From: a virus
Direction: 5' to 3' (one strand)
IMG/VR virus record: IMGVR_UViG_3300007513_000005
DNA length: 64,000 nt
Positions 28,131-38,000 of this stretch are shown here, piece by piece. Positions within the stretch are counted from its first letter, which is position 1; every line of letters starts with the position of its first letter. Made by a program: the position numbers and the translations under genes. The notes beneath the pieces were generated by a model. It was not told where the DNA came from, ran no database searches, and saw nothing but the letters and a program-made list of their open reading frames with translations.

Positions 28131-29270
28131 TCAGTCTTTGGTGGGGGGATCCTCCTGATCATAAAAATCAGAAGCGTTTCCTGTTTTGTTGCTGAATTTC
28201 ATTATAACATCATCATCCATGATTTGCAAAACTCTTTTCTTAAATCTCTCATCTTGCAATTTCGAAACCCAATGTGCTCTCTGAAATTTCTCTTCCGTTC
28301 CGTCACTATGAACAAGAGCGTACCAAGCACCTGACTGCTTCAGGTTTTCAGAAATTTGAATTGCATCGAACCAACTTTCCTTATCTTGTACACCGACAGT
28401 ATCGGAATCACCCCAAAGGATCTTAAAGTTGCAAGTTCTACCAGTTGACCCAAATCGAGACTTTTCAATCTTACACTTCACTTCGGAACCAATCCTAAAA
28501 CCATTGTCATCCGTGACAAATGATGCCTTTGCCTTCCTTCCAGTTAACCACACTCTTAGAGAGTAGGAATATGGCAAAGTCTTACCACCTGGTGTCATGT
28601 AAGGCGTTGTCAATGCCTCAGATGGGGACCTAGTGATATTTGTTTTAAGTTGGTTTAATACCAACAGTGTAGCGCCAGCATTCGCAATAGGTTGTACCAA
28701 CTTGGGCATACCCTTAGATAACACTCGCGCCTTCATTGCCATCGACGATTGGGGATTGTAGTCCGATTCCAAATCATGCTCTGATGGAGTGAGTGCCAGG
28801 GAGTCCCAGATAAACAACCACTTTTGAGGCATCTTCAAGAGATCCTCAATTGTGGCCATCACCATCTCCACAGAGTGTGCCTGTACATAAATTAACCCAT
28901 TGTCTTCATCTTCAAGATCACATCCCGCTCTCGAAAGAAACTCTGGATCAATCGCCGACTCTGAATCAAAATATGCTACACGGTATCCCATCTGCTGTGC
29001 ATTAGCTGCTACCTGAGCTGCCATAAAAGACTTGCCCGTCGCTTCGAGACCTGCTATCTCGGAGATCTTCCCTACGGGAATTCCAGCGAGTCGACCCTTA
29101 CAAATAATAGAGTCTAACCATCTGGATCCCGTAGGAATCCACTCCTTGACCTTGGTTGGGTTCTCCTCCTTGAGATTATAAGCAACAACACCACCAGCAG
29201 ACTTGTTGAGTGACTTTATAATGTCCTTCGTGGACAAACCTCCTGGTTTCATTTTTGTTACTTTTGCCAT
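28131..29270 (-). CDS. recA: RecA/UvsX recombinase
   Basis: IPTGS, GLEATGKS, FDSES, IWDSLA, LNQLK, TPGGK. Confidence 0.96.
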   Translation of the reverse strand: MAKVTKMKPGGLSTKDIIKSLNKSAGGVVAYNLKEENPTKVKEWIPTGSRWLDSIICKGRLAGIPVGKISEIAGLEATGKSFMAAQVAANAQQMGYRVAYFDSESAIDPEFLSRAGCDLEDEDNGLIYVQAHSVEMVMATIEDLLKMPQKWLFIWDSLALTPSEHDLESDYNPQSSMAMKARVLSKGMPKLVQPIANAGATLLVLNQLKTNITRSPSEALTTPYMTPGGKTLPYSYSLRVWLTGRKAKASFVTDDNGFRIGSEVKCKIEKSRFGSTGRTCNFKILWGDSDTVGVQDKESWFDAIQISENLKQSGAWYALVHSDGTEEKFQRAHWVSKLQDERFKKRVLQIMDDDVIMKFSNKTGNASDFYDQEDPPTKD

Positions 29271-29281
29271 CCTACGTCACC

Positions 29282-30037
29282 TCAACCAAGAAGCTCATTA
29301 AATGCTGATGAGACAGCATCTGTTTCAGACTTGACCTCCGTGTTGCCACCTCCACGAGTGATCTCGGACTTGTCCGTATCGCCACTAAGATGTGCATCTA
29401 GGATTCCTCTCACTTCTTCGGTCGTCTTTCTTTCAAAGACACTGTCAATGTTCGGAACCTTTTCCAACAACTCTGCACATCGCTCGTCGCCGCCCACAGC
29501 GTCGTCACAAAGAACCGACTTGCGAGGGCGTGGTCGAATGTCTGTTGTAGGATAAGAAGCACCAGGCTGCTTACCGTACATCAACTTGAGGTCATTACCG
29601 TCCTCTGGATCAGTAATATCCCCATAATCAGGATCAAGGACGATGCCGAGAAGTTTCTGGTATGCTAACTTACCATAACCCCAGACCTTGACGCCTTCTG
29701 CCTCTTCCCCTCTCACCAAGACGGGTGAAAAGAATCTCTGCTTCGCAAACATACCCTTGGCGAGTTGCTTGCTCTCTTCGGTGCCTTCGTTCCATAGTTG
29801 ATTTGCGAAATCACAGACTGGACACTTATCTCCGAAGTTTCGTTTTGGACACAAGAAGGATTGATCACCCACTCCATAGTGGAAAAACTTCTCCTTGAAT
29901 GGGTCGCCATCCGCTGTCGGAACAATACGAATATTGTTCTCACCATCTTGTGGACGCCAGAAGTTGTTCTTCTTACCGTCACCCTTTCCTGATAATGAAG
30001 CCATCTTTTGCTTCATAAGATCTAAATTCAGTGCCAT
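29282..30037 (-). CDS. Single-stranded DNA-binding protein (T4 gp32-like)
   Basis: FWRP..GENNIRIVP, H...C..CPVC zinc site, WGYGK, acidic C-terminus AFNELLG. Confidence 0.88.
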   Translation of the reverse strand: MALNLDLMKQKMASLSGKGDGKKNNFWRPQDGENNIRIVPTADGDPFKEKFFHYGVGDQSFLCPKRNFGDKCPVCDFANQLWNEGTEESKQLAKGMFAKQRFFSPVLVRGEEAEGVKVWGYGKLAYQKLLGIVLDPDYGDITDPEDGNDLKLMYGKQPGASYPTTDIRPRPRKSVLCDDAVGGDERCAELLEKVPNIDSVFERKTTEEVRGILDAHLSGDTDKSEITRGGGNTEVKSETDAVSSAFNELLG

Positions 30038-30119
30038 TTTTATTACCTCCTATGGTATGTTATTTTTTTGCACACTTTCGGCTATAGCGGGTCAGCAAAT
30101 CTTCTGACCAACTTTCTAT

Positions 30120-30148
30120 ACTATACTAAACGTTTTTTTGTTTGTCAA
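30120..30148 (-). promoter_or_regulatory. sigma70 promoter upstream of ssb-recA
   Basis: TTGACA-17 nt-TATAGT. Confidence 0.8.
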
Positions 30149-30149
30149 C

Positions 30150-31388
30150 TTAATTGTCTAATTCTTTAAAGTTTTTTCTTACGTGATCGATGTCGTAAAG
30201 TTGCCCAACAGTCTCTACTGGATAAGATTGCGATTGCCCCATATACTTGACATTCAAGGTGACGCTTGGATAGGCGTCGCCGATAAGACGATCTAGGTAA
30301 TCGTGAAACTTAATTCGATGATTGTGCAAGTTTTTATCACCGCCCGAACCGGTAAGAGAAACTAGGACTCTAACTTCTTCTGGCAGTGCGCCGTTGTTCT
30401 GCTCCCGATGGTTCACAATCATGTTCCACAAGTCTCCACAGATCTGTCTTTTTGTGCCGTTTGCTTTTCCACTGTGTCTCTTGACGATAACCTTGTTAGA
30501 GTTTACGGACTCCTTCTCTTCTGATTCCATCTTAATCATTTCTGCATCAGAATATGAATACGCTGCTTTTTGTTCTTGATAGCACCAACTATTAAACACA
30601 TTCGTAATACACTTTGTTGCATATTCCTCGGACCAACGATATCCACTATCTTTGATAACATCTGGAAGCAAAAAATCAACGATTTTAGTTCTCAACCTAC
30701 CTCGCTGACTCTTCAGTGATCTTCTAGTAGAATTGTCAATCCTTTGATCTTCAAGTTGGCGGTTAATCTGATTGACAGCGGCAATCTCGTCTTGCAAGAC
30801 GCCAGAACCTGTTGTTAGCGCAGAAGCAATGCCATTCTTAATTGCTGCCTCACTGTTTGGTTCTCCGTTGTCTGGATGAGAATTTAGTTGTCTCAAATAT
30901 CTGTTCTTCTCATATCTTGTTTTAAGTGACATGAAATCCCTATCCAATATTGCTGGAAAATAAGTAAGATTTGTCAGAGGAAGCATTGCGTCCCTGTTGA
31001 ATCCTCCTATGCCCTCTAGAATATGGGTTACGTTGTTCAAATTATTGTATGGTATGAGATTTAGGGGGGTTCTAATTCCAAACTCTAATTTTCCACGCTC
31101 ATTAAGTACACCCTGATTCGCTTGAGCGGCAAACTGTTTGACCTTCGCATGATTGATTGTATCAGGGCGCACCTGATACTTTGACCTTTGCTTATTGTAG
31201 ACCTGCTCACCTACCTTCACAGCGATTAATCCTTCAATGTGTTCTTTGTGGTTTGAATCAAACATTTCTGGTTTAAATGCATTGTTTTCGTTACAACACT
31301 GCTTGATTCTCTCAGGCGTGTTGCAGTACTCAATAATCTGCTGAAACACGTCCTTGGTTTGTGGAAAATCCACTACGTTGTGAGGCAT
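30150..31388 (-). CDS. Hypothetical protein, weak ParB/Srx-like N-terminal domain
   Basis: QVR...GIRTP...IGGFNR pattern; 412 aa; has its own promoter. Confidence 0.45.
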   Translation of the reverse strand: MPHNVVDFPQTKDVFQQIIEYCNTPERIKQCCNENNAFKPEMFDSNHKEHIEGLIAVKVGEQVYNKQRSKYQVRPDTINHAKVKQFAAQANQGVLNERGKLEFGIRTPLNLIPYNNLNNVTHILEGIGGFNRDAMLPLTNLTYFPAILDRDFMSLKTRYEKNRYLRQLNSHPDNGEPNSEAAIKNGIASALTTGSGVLQDEIAAVNQINRQLEDQRIDNSTRRSLKSQRGRLRTKIVDFLLPDVIKDSGYRWSEEYATKCITNVFNSWCYQEQKAAYSYSDAEMIKMESEEKESVNSNKVIVKRHSGKANGTKRQICGDLWNMIVNHREQNNGALPEEVRVLVSLTGSGGDKNLHNHRIKFHDYLDRLIGDAYPSVTLNVKYMGQSQSYPVETVGQLYDIDHVRKNFKELDN

Positions 31389-31419
31389 TTGGGCCCTCCT
31401 TTTCTTTTATTGTTTTTAT

Positions 31420-31448
31420 ACTATACTAAATGTTTATTTGCTTGTCAA
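31420..31448 (-). promoter_or_regulatory. sigma70 promoter, near-duplicate of 30120-30148
   Basis: TTGACA-17 nt-TATAGT; 31 of 34 nt identical to the other copy; overlaps the tdk stop. Confidence 0.8.
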
Positions 31449-31988
31449 CTGTTTTTTGTAATGTTTGAAACATCTTGGTTCATACATTTCTGAACCGCCA
31501 ATTAATAACTCTCTGTCGTCCTCAAACTTTCTAAAAGTGAAGTAAGCATCTCTACCACACTTAGAGCAGACTGATGGACACTTCACCACGTTCGTTGCCC
31601 AGGGCATCATCTTTGACACTTCCTTAAAAGGTTCTGCCTTTGAGGATAGGTCCAGACTCGATACTAACACAGAGACACCTGACTTGTAAAGACTTATTGC
31701 AACATTACTTACACCTTTTATCATAAACGCTTCGTCGATGGCAACCACTTCGGCAGGATTCTCCTTTAAATGTCGGAGAATGTCCGCTCCAGACGTGACG
31801 CAATGAGCATCGATGCGTCCACCGTTGTGAGTTACTATCTCTCCAGCAGAATACCTGTCGTCGATCATTGGTTTGAATGCCAAGATCTTCTTTCCTTGAT
31901 ATTTGTATCTTTCCAGTGCTGCAATAAGTCTTGTTGTCTTTGATCCAAACATCGGACCAACAAACATGACTAGGTCAGGGTTTTTCAA
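31434..31988 (-). CDS. tdk: Thymidine kinase
   Basis: GPMFGSKTT, FKPMIDDRY, IDEA, CSKC...YEPRC. Confidence 0.95.
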   Translation of the reverse strand: MKNPDLVMFVGPMFGSKTTRLIAALERYKYQGKKILAFKPMIDDRYSAGEIVTHNGGRIDAHCVTSGADILRHLKENPAEVVAIDEAFMIKGVSNVAISLYKSGVSVLVSSLDLSSKAEPFKEVSKMMPWATNVVKCPSVCSKCGRDAYFTFRKFEDDRELLIGGSEMYEPRCFKHYKKQLTSK

Positions 31989-32000
31989 CTTAATCTCTCT

Positions 32001-32837
32001 TTAAAAATCTTGTACTTTTGAAGAATATGTCTTTATATAACAAAAATCTGTCTCATACTGAGTCTCGTAGACTCCGTAACTGTACTTGCACAGTTCTTCG
32101 TTTTTGTCTTTAATTAATTTTATAATATTTCTCTGCAGATTTTTGTCTTCTGCTAAACTTTGTTGAGAAATACCGTAATAAAGTCTGGTGTCCATTTTGT
32201 TTGTCAAGGGATACAGCAAACTTTCTTTTCCCTCTTTCATATCTAAAACTCCCAGAGTGCAAACTCTCCTAGAATCGTTTACTATCGAAAAGTTACTCAC
32301 CTCTGCATCCTGGTGGTCAAACACCATAACCATGTGGAAAACAGAAGCGATCAAACTGTTGATTGCAGGGTAATACTCTTTTATACTCGCATCTTCAACC
32401 AGTGTGTCCATTTCAGAGTTGCTTGTCAAGTATATGTTTTTAAATATGCCTGACCTAGTATACTCCTGCATTATAGAGAATACCATCCTTTCATGCATCA
32501 ACTGTTTTTCGTCAAGAAGGTCTAACTCTGGTCTAACGCAGACAACTGTAATTTCTTTGTCTCTAATTTGATACAAAAACTTGAGTGCAATAGACGAAAC
32601 AAAACTCGAACCGCTAAGTACAAAGATTACCTTATCTTTTATCTTGTCTTTCAGTCTTTTCGGTATTGTCTTGAAAGATTCTTCGTACTCTTCTGGGGTT
32701 TCTTTCTTTTTTACAACCAGTTTATCTTTCCACTCAACAGAGGAATCATCTACGCAAATAACATTGTACTGAGAGTATTTGTCGAACTGCATGGCAACGC
32801 GGCATCCGACACCGCCTAATCCTATTACTGTATACAT
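32001..32837 (-). CDS. Divergent tubulin/FtsZ-family (PhuZ/TubZ-like) protein
   Basis: VIGLGGVGCRVA N-terminal motif, IYLTSN, YPAIN; signature loop reads SGSSFVSS. Confidence 0.72.
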   Translation of the reverse strand: MYTVIGLGGVGCRVAMQFDKYSQYNVICVDDSSVEWKDKLVVKKKETPEEYEESFKTIPKRLKDKIKDKVIFVLSGSSFVSSIALKFLYQIRDKEITVVCVRPELDLLDEKQLMHERMVFSIMQEYTRSGIFKNIYLTSNSEMDTLVEDASIKEYYPAINSLIASVFHMVMVFDHQDAEVSNFSIVNDSRRVCTLGVLDMKEGKESLLYPLTNKMDTRLYYGISQQSLAEDKNLQRNIIKLIKDKNEELCKYSYGVYETQYETDFCYIKTYSSKVQDF

Positions 32838-33955
32838 TAAACCTCTTTCATTTCCCCAAAGTTTTTACCGATACCAGAGTTGACAACGTACTTTCCAAAC
32901 CTAGTGTCTGCAAATATACTCTTCGCCTCCAAAAACTTTTCTTTATCTTCTTTAGCAAAATCCAGTATAACAGAGTCGTGAAGCAAATAACAGATTTTTG
33001 TTCTAAATCCTTTAAAAAAATCTCTCAACTTATATGCCTGCTCGATGCAGACATCACTGCTCGTGCTTTGAACAATATAGTTTAGTGCCCTTCTTTCATC
33101 AGTTTCAATATATCGCAAAAAGGGGGTCTTTACGCCGTCTTTGTGACGATAGTTATCTTTGACCCAATCCCTGTTGTAAAGTCTCTCCAGCAGAGGATCT
33201 CGCGCTTCAGGGTTATATAACCAGGCGAAAGTTCGCTTCTTCATCTCCTCTCGGGTGATCTCGTCAGATGTCTGTTGCATATTCCATTCATGAATGTCGT
33301 TCAATGGTTGTTCCTTGCCCGAAAGTGCAAGGAGTGTACGCAACTCTGCAGCGTTGAAGTCAAATTCGACAAAGAGGTCATTCGATGGTTCCAAAGAGGA
33401 TCTGTCTTCCCTTTTCATGGTCAGGATAGGTATACCAGACTTCTTGTTGGACAACCTGCCTGTCCTCGTTCCAAAGATACTATAATTTGTGTTCTTCAGT
33501 TCCCCATTGTAAAGGTTGCTCTTGGCATTCATCTCTTCTGTTAGGATGTGTGCCTTTTTGAGTACATCGTAGTGCGCTGGCTTTCGAATATTCTCAAATG
33601 CATGCTTTATAATGTTTCCTTTGTCCTTTAGAAAGTCAAGCAAAATATCGGAAGGTATATAATCATATATACAGTGATCCTGCAGGTTACATTTCGATGT
33701 AACGACAGATTTCATGATTGCGGAAATTCTTCCCGAGGTACACTTCCAAGAATCAAGAATGAAAATCGGGCAGACCGATTCTATCTCCCCATCTGAGGTG
33801 TACAAATATGCATAGTCCACATCGTCCCTATCTGAGAGGTGATCTGTGTGCCTCCACGTCTTATTGAGTTCTGGTAGATTTTGGAAATCTGCCAAATCAC
33901 CAGAGACGTACATTTTCAAGCACTTCTTGTTATTGTCAATTATCTGAAAATACAT
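32837..33955 (-). CDS. Minimal family A DNA polymerase (polymerase domain only)
   Basis: TRTGRLS, DFNAAELRTL (motif A), KKRTFAWLY (motif B), NYIVQST, LLHDSV (motif C); only 372 aa. Confidence 0.88.
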   Translation of the reverse strand: MYFQIIDNNKKCLKMYVSGDLADFQNLPELNKTWRHTDHLSDRDDVDYAYLYTSDGEIESVCPIFILDSWKCTSGRISAIMKSVVTSKCNLQDHCIYDYIPSDILLDFLKDKGNIIKHAFENIRKPAHYDVLKKAHILTEEMNAKSNLYNGELKNTNYSIFGTRTGRLSNKKSGIPILTMKREDRSSLEPSNDLFVEFDFNAAELRTLLALSGKEQPLNDIHEWNMQQTSDEITREEMKKRTFAWLYNPEARDPLLERLYNRDWVKDNYRHKDGVKTPFLRYIETDERRALNYIVQSTSSDVCIEQAYKLRDFFKGFRTKICYLLHDSVILDFAKEDKEKFLEAKSIFADTRFGKYVVNSGIGKNFGEMKEV

Positions 33956-35058
33956 TATCTATAAATATCTGTCTTTATTTCAAGGATTTTTCTCTCTACA
34001 TAATCCATAGATCTTTCAAACCCTTCCTTTATGAGCAAACTATAACAGTTTTCAAGAAGTCTGTCAATCTTTGTTTTAGGAATATTTATTTTTTCTTCTA
34101 ATACGAGGATTTTAACATACAACTGAAACCACTTCTTATCCCCATATGCCGCGACAGCTGCGGAGGCAGGCGTTCTACTTGTGATAGTTGTACCCCTTAA
34201 CAAGGACCCATCCTTACATATCTTATATGTGGCCGTCTCTCCGTGAGCCGCGGTCAAGAGATCGTACCAGGACCCAATGCTATATTTGATCTTGTCTAGG
34301 TCGAAACCGCGACAGTTATAGTAAAAAGAACTTTGTATATCAGATTCGACACCAACGTATTGGCTGGCATATTCAAGCATTTGTCTGCTTTTGATGTTTG
34401 CGACTAGTGCCCAAGGCGCGTGGGCCATTAGGGAGAACCCATGTTGCGCTGCAAGATTAGCATATGCATCAAAAGAAGGACTGTTGATAATTTTCAACTT
34501 GGTTTCTATTCCGTCGACTGAATGTGATGCCTTCATTAATTCTATAACCAATCCAGTACCATGAATTGGACATAATCCAGATTTAACAAACCTGGAGTAA
34601 GTCACTGGAGACTGGTGCGAATAGTCTTTAATGGCAAGCAATACAACTTCCACAAACTGATCAAGACTTTTTATGCTATCCTTTCGCGGTAAAATATACT
34701 CGGAATAAATCACACTAAATAAATTTTCTAATTGCCTATCATACAATTCTAGCGGATTTACATACCCCCTCTGTGCCACAATGATTGGTATTCCCTCTAT
34801 GGGGTGAGACAACCTCTCATATTTAGCAGAAAATTCAACAAACGCATCAACAACAAAATTCAGAGCACTAATCTCAGTGCCTGGGATTTGCTCTATTGCT
34901 GAGTGGTTCAATGGGGCGATAGACTTACCATTCGAATCGATACGTCCATACATCTGATGTTTCGGAGACCTATTATCAAAAGACTCAAGACTGGGTTCGA
35001 ATTGAATCTCGCGCATATATCCTAAATTTTCTAGAAATTTTCTTTTTGAATCAGTCAT
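33955..35058 (-). CDS. Hypothetical protein coupled to the baseplate operon
   Basis: 367-aa ORF overlapping the hub stop and the polA start. Confidence 0.7.
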   Translation of the reverse strand: MTDSKRKFLENLGYMREIQFEPSLESFDNRSPKHQMYGRIDSNGKSIAPLNHSAIEQIPGTEISALNFVVDAFVEFSAKYERLSHPIEGIPIIVAQRGYVNPLELYDRQLENLFSVIYSEYILPRKDSIKSLDQFVEVVLLAIKDYSHQSPVTYSRFVKSGLCPIHGTGLVIELMKASHSVDGIETKLKIINSPSFDAYANLAAQHGFSLMAHAPWALVANIKSRQMLEYASQYVGVESDIQSSFYYNCRGFDLDKIKYSIGSWYDLLTAAHGETATYKICKDGSLLRGTTITSRTPASAAVAAYGDKKWFQLYVKILVLEEKINIPKTKIDRLLENCYSLLIKEGFERSMDYVERKILEIKTDIYR

Positions 35059-38000
35059 TAATCATCGCCACCGTCTCGGCATCTGTCAAGGTGTCTCCTC
35101 TTTCTATCTTTCTCATAATACGCGCAAGATTTCTTTCTTTTTTGGCCGTGGCTTGCCTCTCCAGAAGACGTTTCTTTTCTTCTTTGCTCTTGGGTTTGAT
35201 TGCCTCGATGGCCTCAGCCCAATCTACGGTCGATTCATTATAACACTTAAAGGAAGTCGAAAACCCTGATGAATCAATCTTGTGTTCCACGTTAATAACG
35301 TTATAAAGTCCAGTTAGTCCAACCTCCTTAAAAACTGGTGAATCAGAAATATCTGCGACACCTATCAAACTCGGCTTAACAAAAAAGGATAATCCAGGGT
35401 AAAAATCTATCAACCCGAAGCTCGTTATATCGACATTGTAAAGCTGCGGTATCATAATCAGGCCATTCTCCGATCTAAATCCTTTTTCTATGTTATCATC
35501 TTGCTTTGCCTTCATGCTTTGGTTCTCCACCTGCTTGAAAGAAATTTTTCTTATTATGCTCTTATCCTTGCCCACTTCCCATTTCGTTAATCTTAGTGCA
35601 TCTTGGATATTAAGTTCTGTCGAAGCTTGAGACATTGTGTAATAGTACACCGTTTCATCACCCCCGCCTTGTCCGTACCCTTCTGCATAGAGTTTGTCAA
35701 CTGATGGCGCTGTGCGCAATTTTTTAATCTTTTCTGGCGTAGTCCTGAATTGACCCACTTTCATACTATATGCTGATGTGTGTTTTCCAGAATCCAGAAC
35801 ATAATCCCCTTGATTGTAGTACCTCTGCACTTCCCTCAATAACGATGTTATTAATTTCTGCAACGTGAACCTTCTTGCTGTTGACTGTTCGAAATCCTTC
35901 ATGATCTTTTGATAAGTTTCCAGCGCAATAGGTATTTTATATAAATTATAAAAGTCACGATTGATACGAATATTTCCCAACATCACACTGACTTTATCTT
36001 TCTCCAGCACCTTGACACTTTCGCTAACTTTCAAAAATGAAGAAATTATATCCCCCATTGTAAAAAACAGAACAGCATGCTCGCTGTCGAGTGTCGCCAA
36101 TACCTGGGCGTGGCGGGCCAACTCATCATCAAGTTCTTTTTGAGCTTTCGCTACCTGCACTGATAATGGATCATCGAACCAACCGTCGTCGTTTCCTTTC
36201 TTGGCTCTCTCAAGTTTGTCTTGTAGAACCTTCACCTTTTTGGCATGGGTTTTGTTTTCTTCATCGAGGACAGCCTTTCGACCTTTTTTGGTTTTGCCAT
36301 CTCCCTCGGCAATCAGATCGACTTTAGATTTTATTTTCTTGGTGGGGTTGTCACTTTCAGTAGTCTTTTTAGTAGGAGATATCTCTATGTATGACTTATC
36401 AGTACCAGGCAGGCGATAATTTGCGCTATCAGCGGCGGCCTGTTCTTCCATTATACTCAACCCTGGAAGTTCATTACCTTCAGAATCTTTAGTTACGAGC
36501 ATTCTTTGAACCTTTACTCGCTTTTCTTCTGGTTTTAAGAATTCCTCATCCAGCGTCTTAGAAACCTGCATCCTAAATCTACATACTCTTCTAAAGTCCA
36601 CAACTTTCTGTGATCCACCAGTTGTACGCATCTTCGGAGGGAGCATCTGGTCGTCAGCAAAATTTAACTTATAGAAGTGGGGCCTCATAACCCTATTAAA
36701 GGCAGTATCGAACAACTTCTCTCTGTATGCTTTTCCTTCTATTGCGAACCTGTACATCTTGCTATTATCTGTCAGATGATTTAGTACGGCATTTATCTTC
36801 TTTGTCTTCTTTTGTTGAAAATAATCAGTGTGGACACTTATGTGAGTGGTCACTTGGTTGTGTTCCTTTTTGGGAATCTTCTTGAAAAAGGTTCGGATCT
36901 TCTTCTTAGTATCGTCGGAAGCAGTCGGATGCACCCTATTAATATACTCGTTCACGACCCTCTGTATATTTCTGTTCAAAGTCGGTTGTGTTTCTTTGGC
37001 CATTTGAGAGATTAATCCATCATAATAACTGTGGACGTGTGAGTCACCGTCGGACATTACATCAATATCTTGAAATACCTCACTGGTTCTTGAAACATAA
37101 TCACACTGAAGCATGAAAGACCCATCCTCATTGAAGTTGAATGAGTGTTTGTAATAACTCATGACAAAAGTCTTCAATTGCCTCTTCAATGACTTTACTT
37201 GCAGGGGTGTATAGTTAAGTGATTTGATTGTCTCCGAACTGGGCATGTTCCACCCCACTGTCAACATAAGGTCTTTTGGACTACCGTCTTCGGACCCTAA
37301 CCCCTCTGGCTGAATAAGTGGCAAATACAATTCACGTCCTCTCTTGCTGCTAAAAACAGACAAGTTGGATCCATAAAAAGTTATAGTTGAATCAATGTCT
37401 CTCTTGGCGGTCTCTGGGGTGTCACCTGCAAGACGAATTGTTAAATCTTGAAGACCCAGAACACTCTGGAAGTTATTAAGGGCAGTAATTCCTGTCCTTT
37501 TTTGAGTTGATAATCCCCTATTTTGAATGGGGATCGGTTTCTTTGTTTTCTTTTCGCGGTTATATACGAAGAACTCCACCCTTGGTGTTAAAGCAGCGAG
37601 TTGGGCATTATTAAGAGTGACAAGTGGATTTACTAAAAACCCCTCATAGTCCTTATTTTTGACATACTCCATTTTAAAACTAAAAATATTGGTGAGTCTG
37701 TTTGTGTCCAGTCCTGACTTTATCGAAAAAACGCGGCCTTTTGCTGCGATCGCAGAGGTGCGGGTCATGGCAGTTGTGTTCATTATGTGCGCTCCATACA
37801 TGCTTAGTAGGTGCTGATCCTTTGTTCCCTTTCTTAAGGATATATAGTTTTGTCGGATTCTATCAAAAGTGAATTCTGCGAATTGAGGTTTTATTGGGTT
37901 ATCCAGTGCATGGTCTTCTGTTGCCGTTTCTTGTTCAATTTCTGCAACGACTTCTGAGTCTGTACCGTACGCGGAGAGTAGTTTACCCGTTGTGGCGGCC

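Noticed and set aside
13629-29270. Inteins or introns in dnaE, nrdJ, dnaB, recA
   Set aside because: Lengths are normal or compact, with no C...HN splice junctions or LAGLIDADG motifs seen
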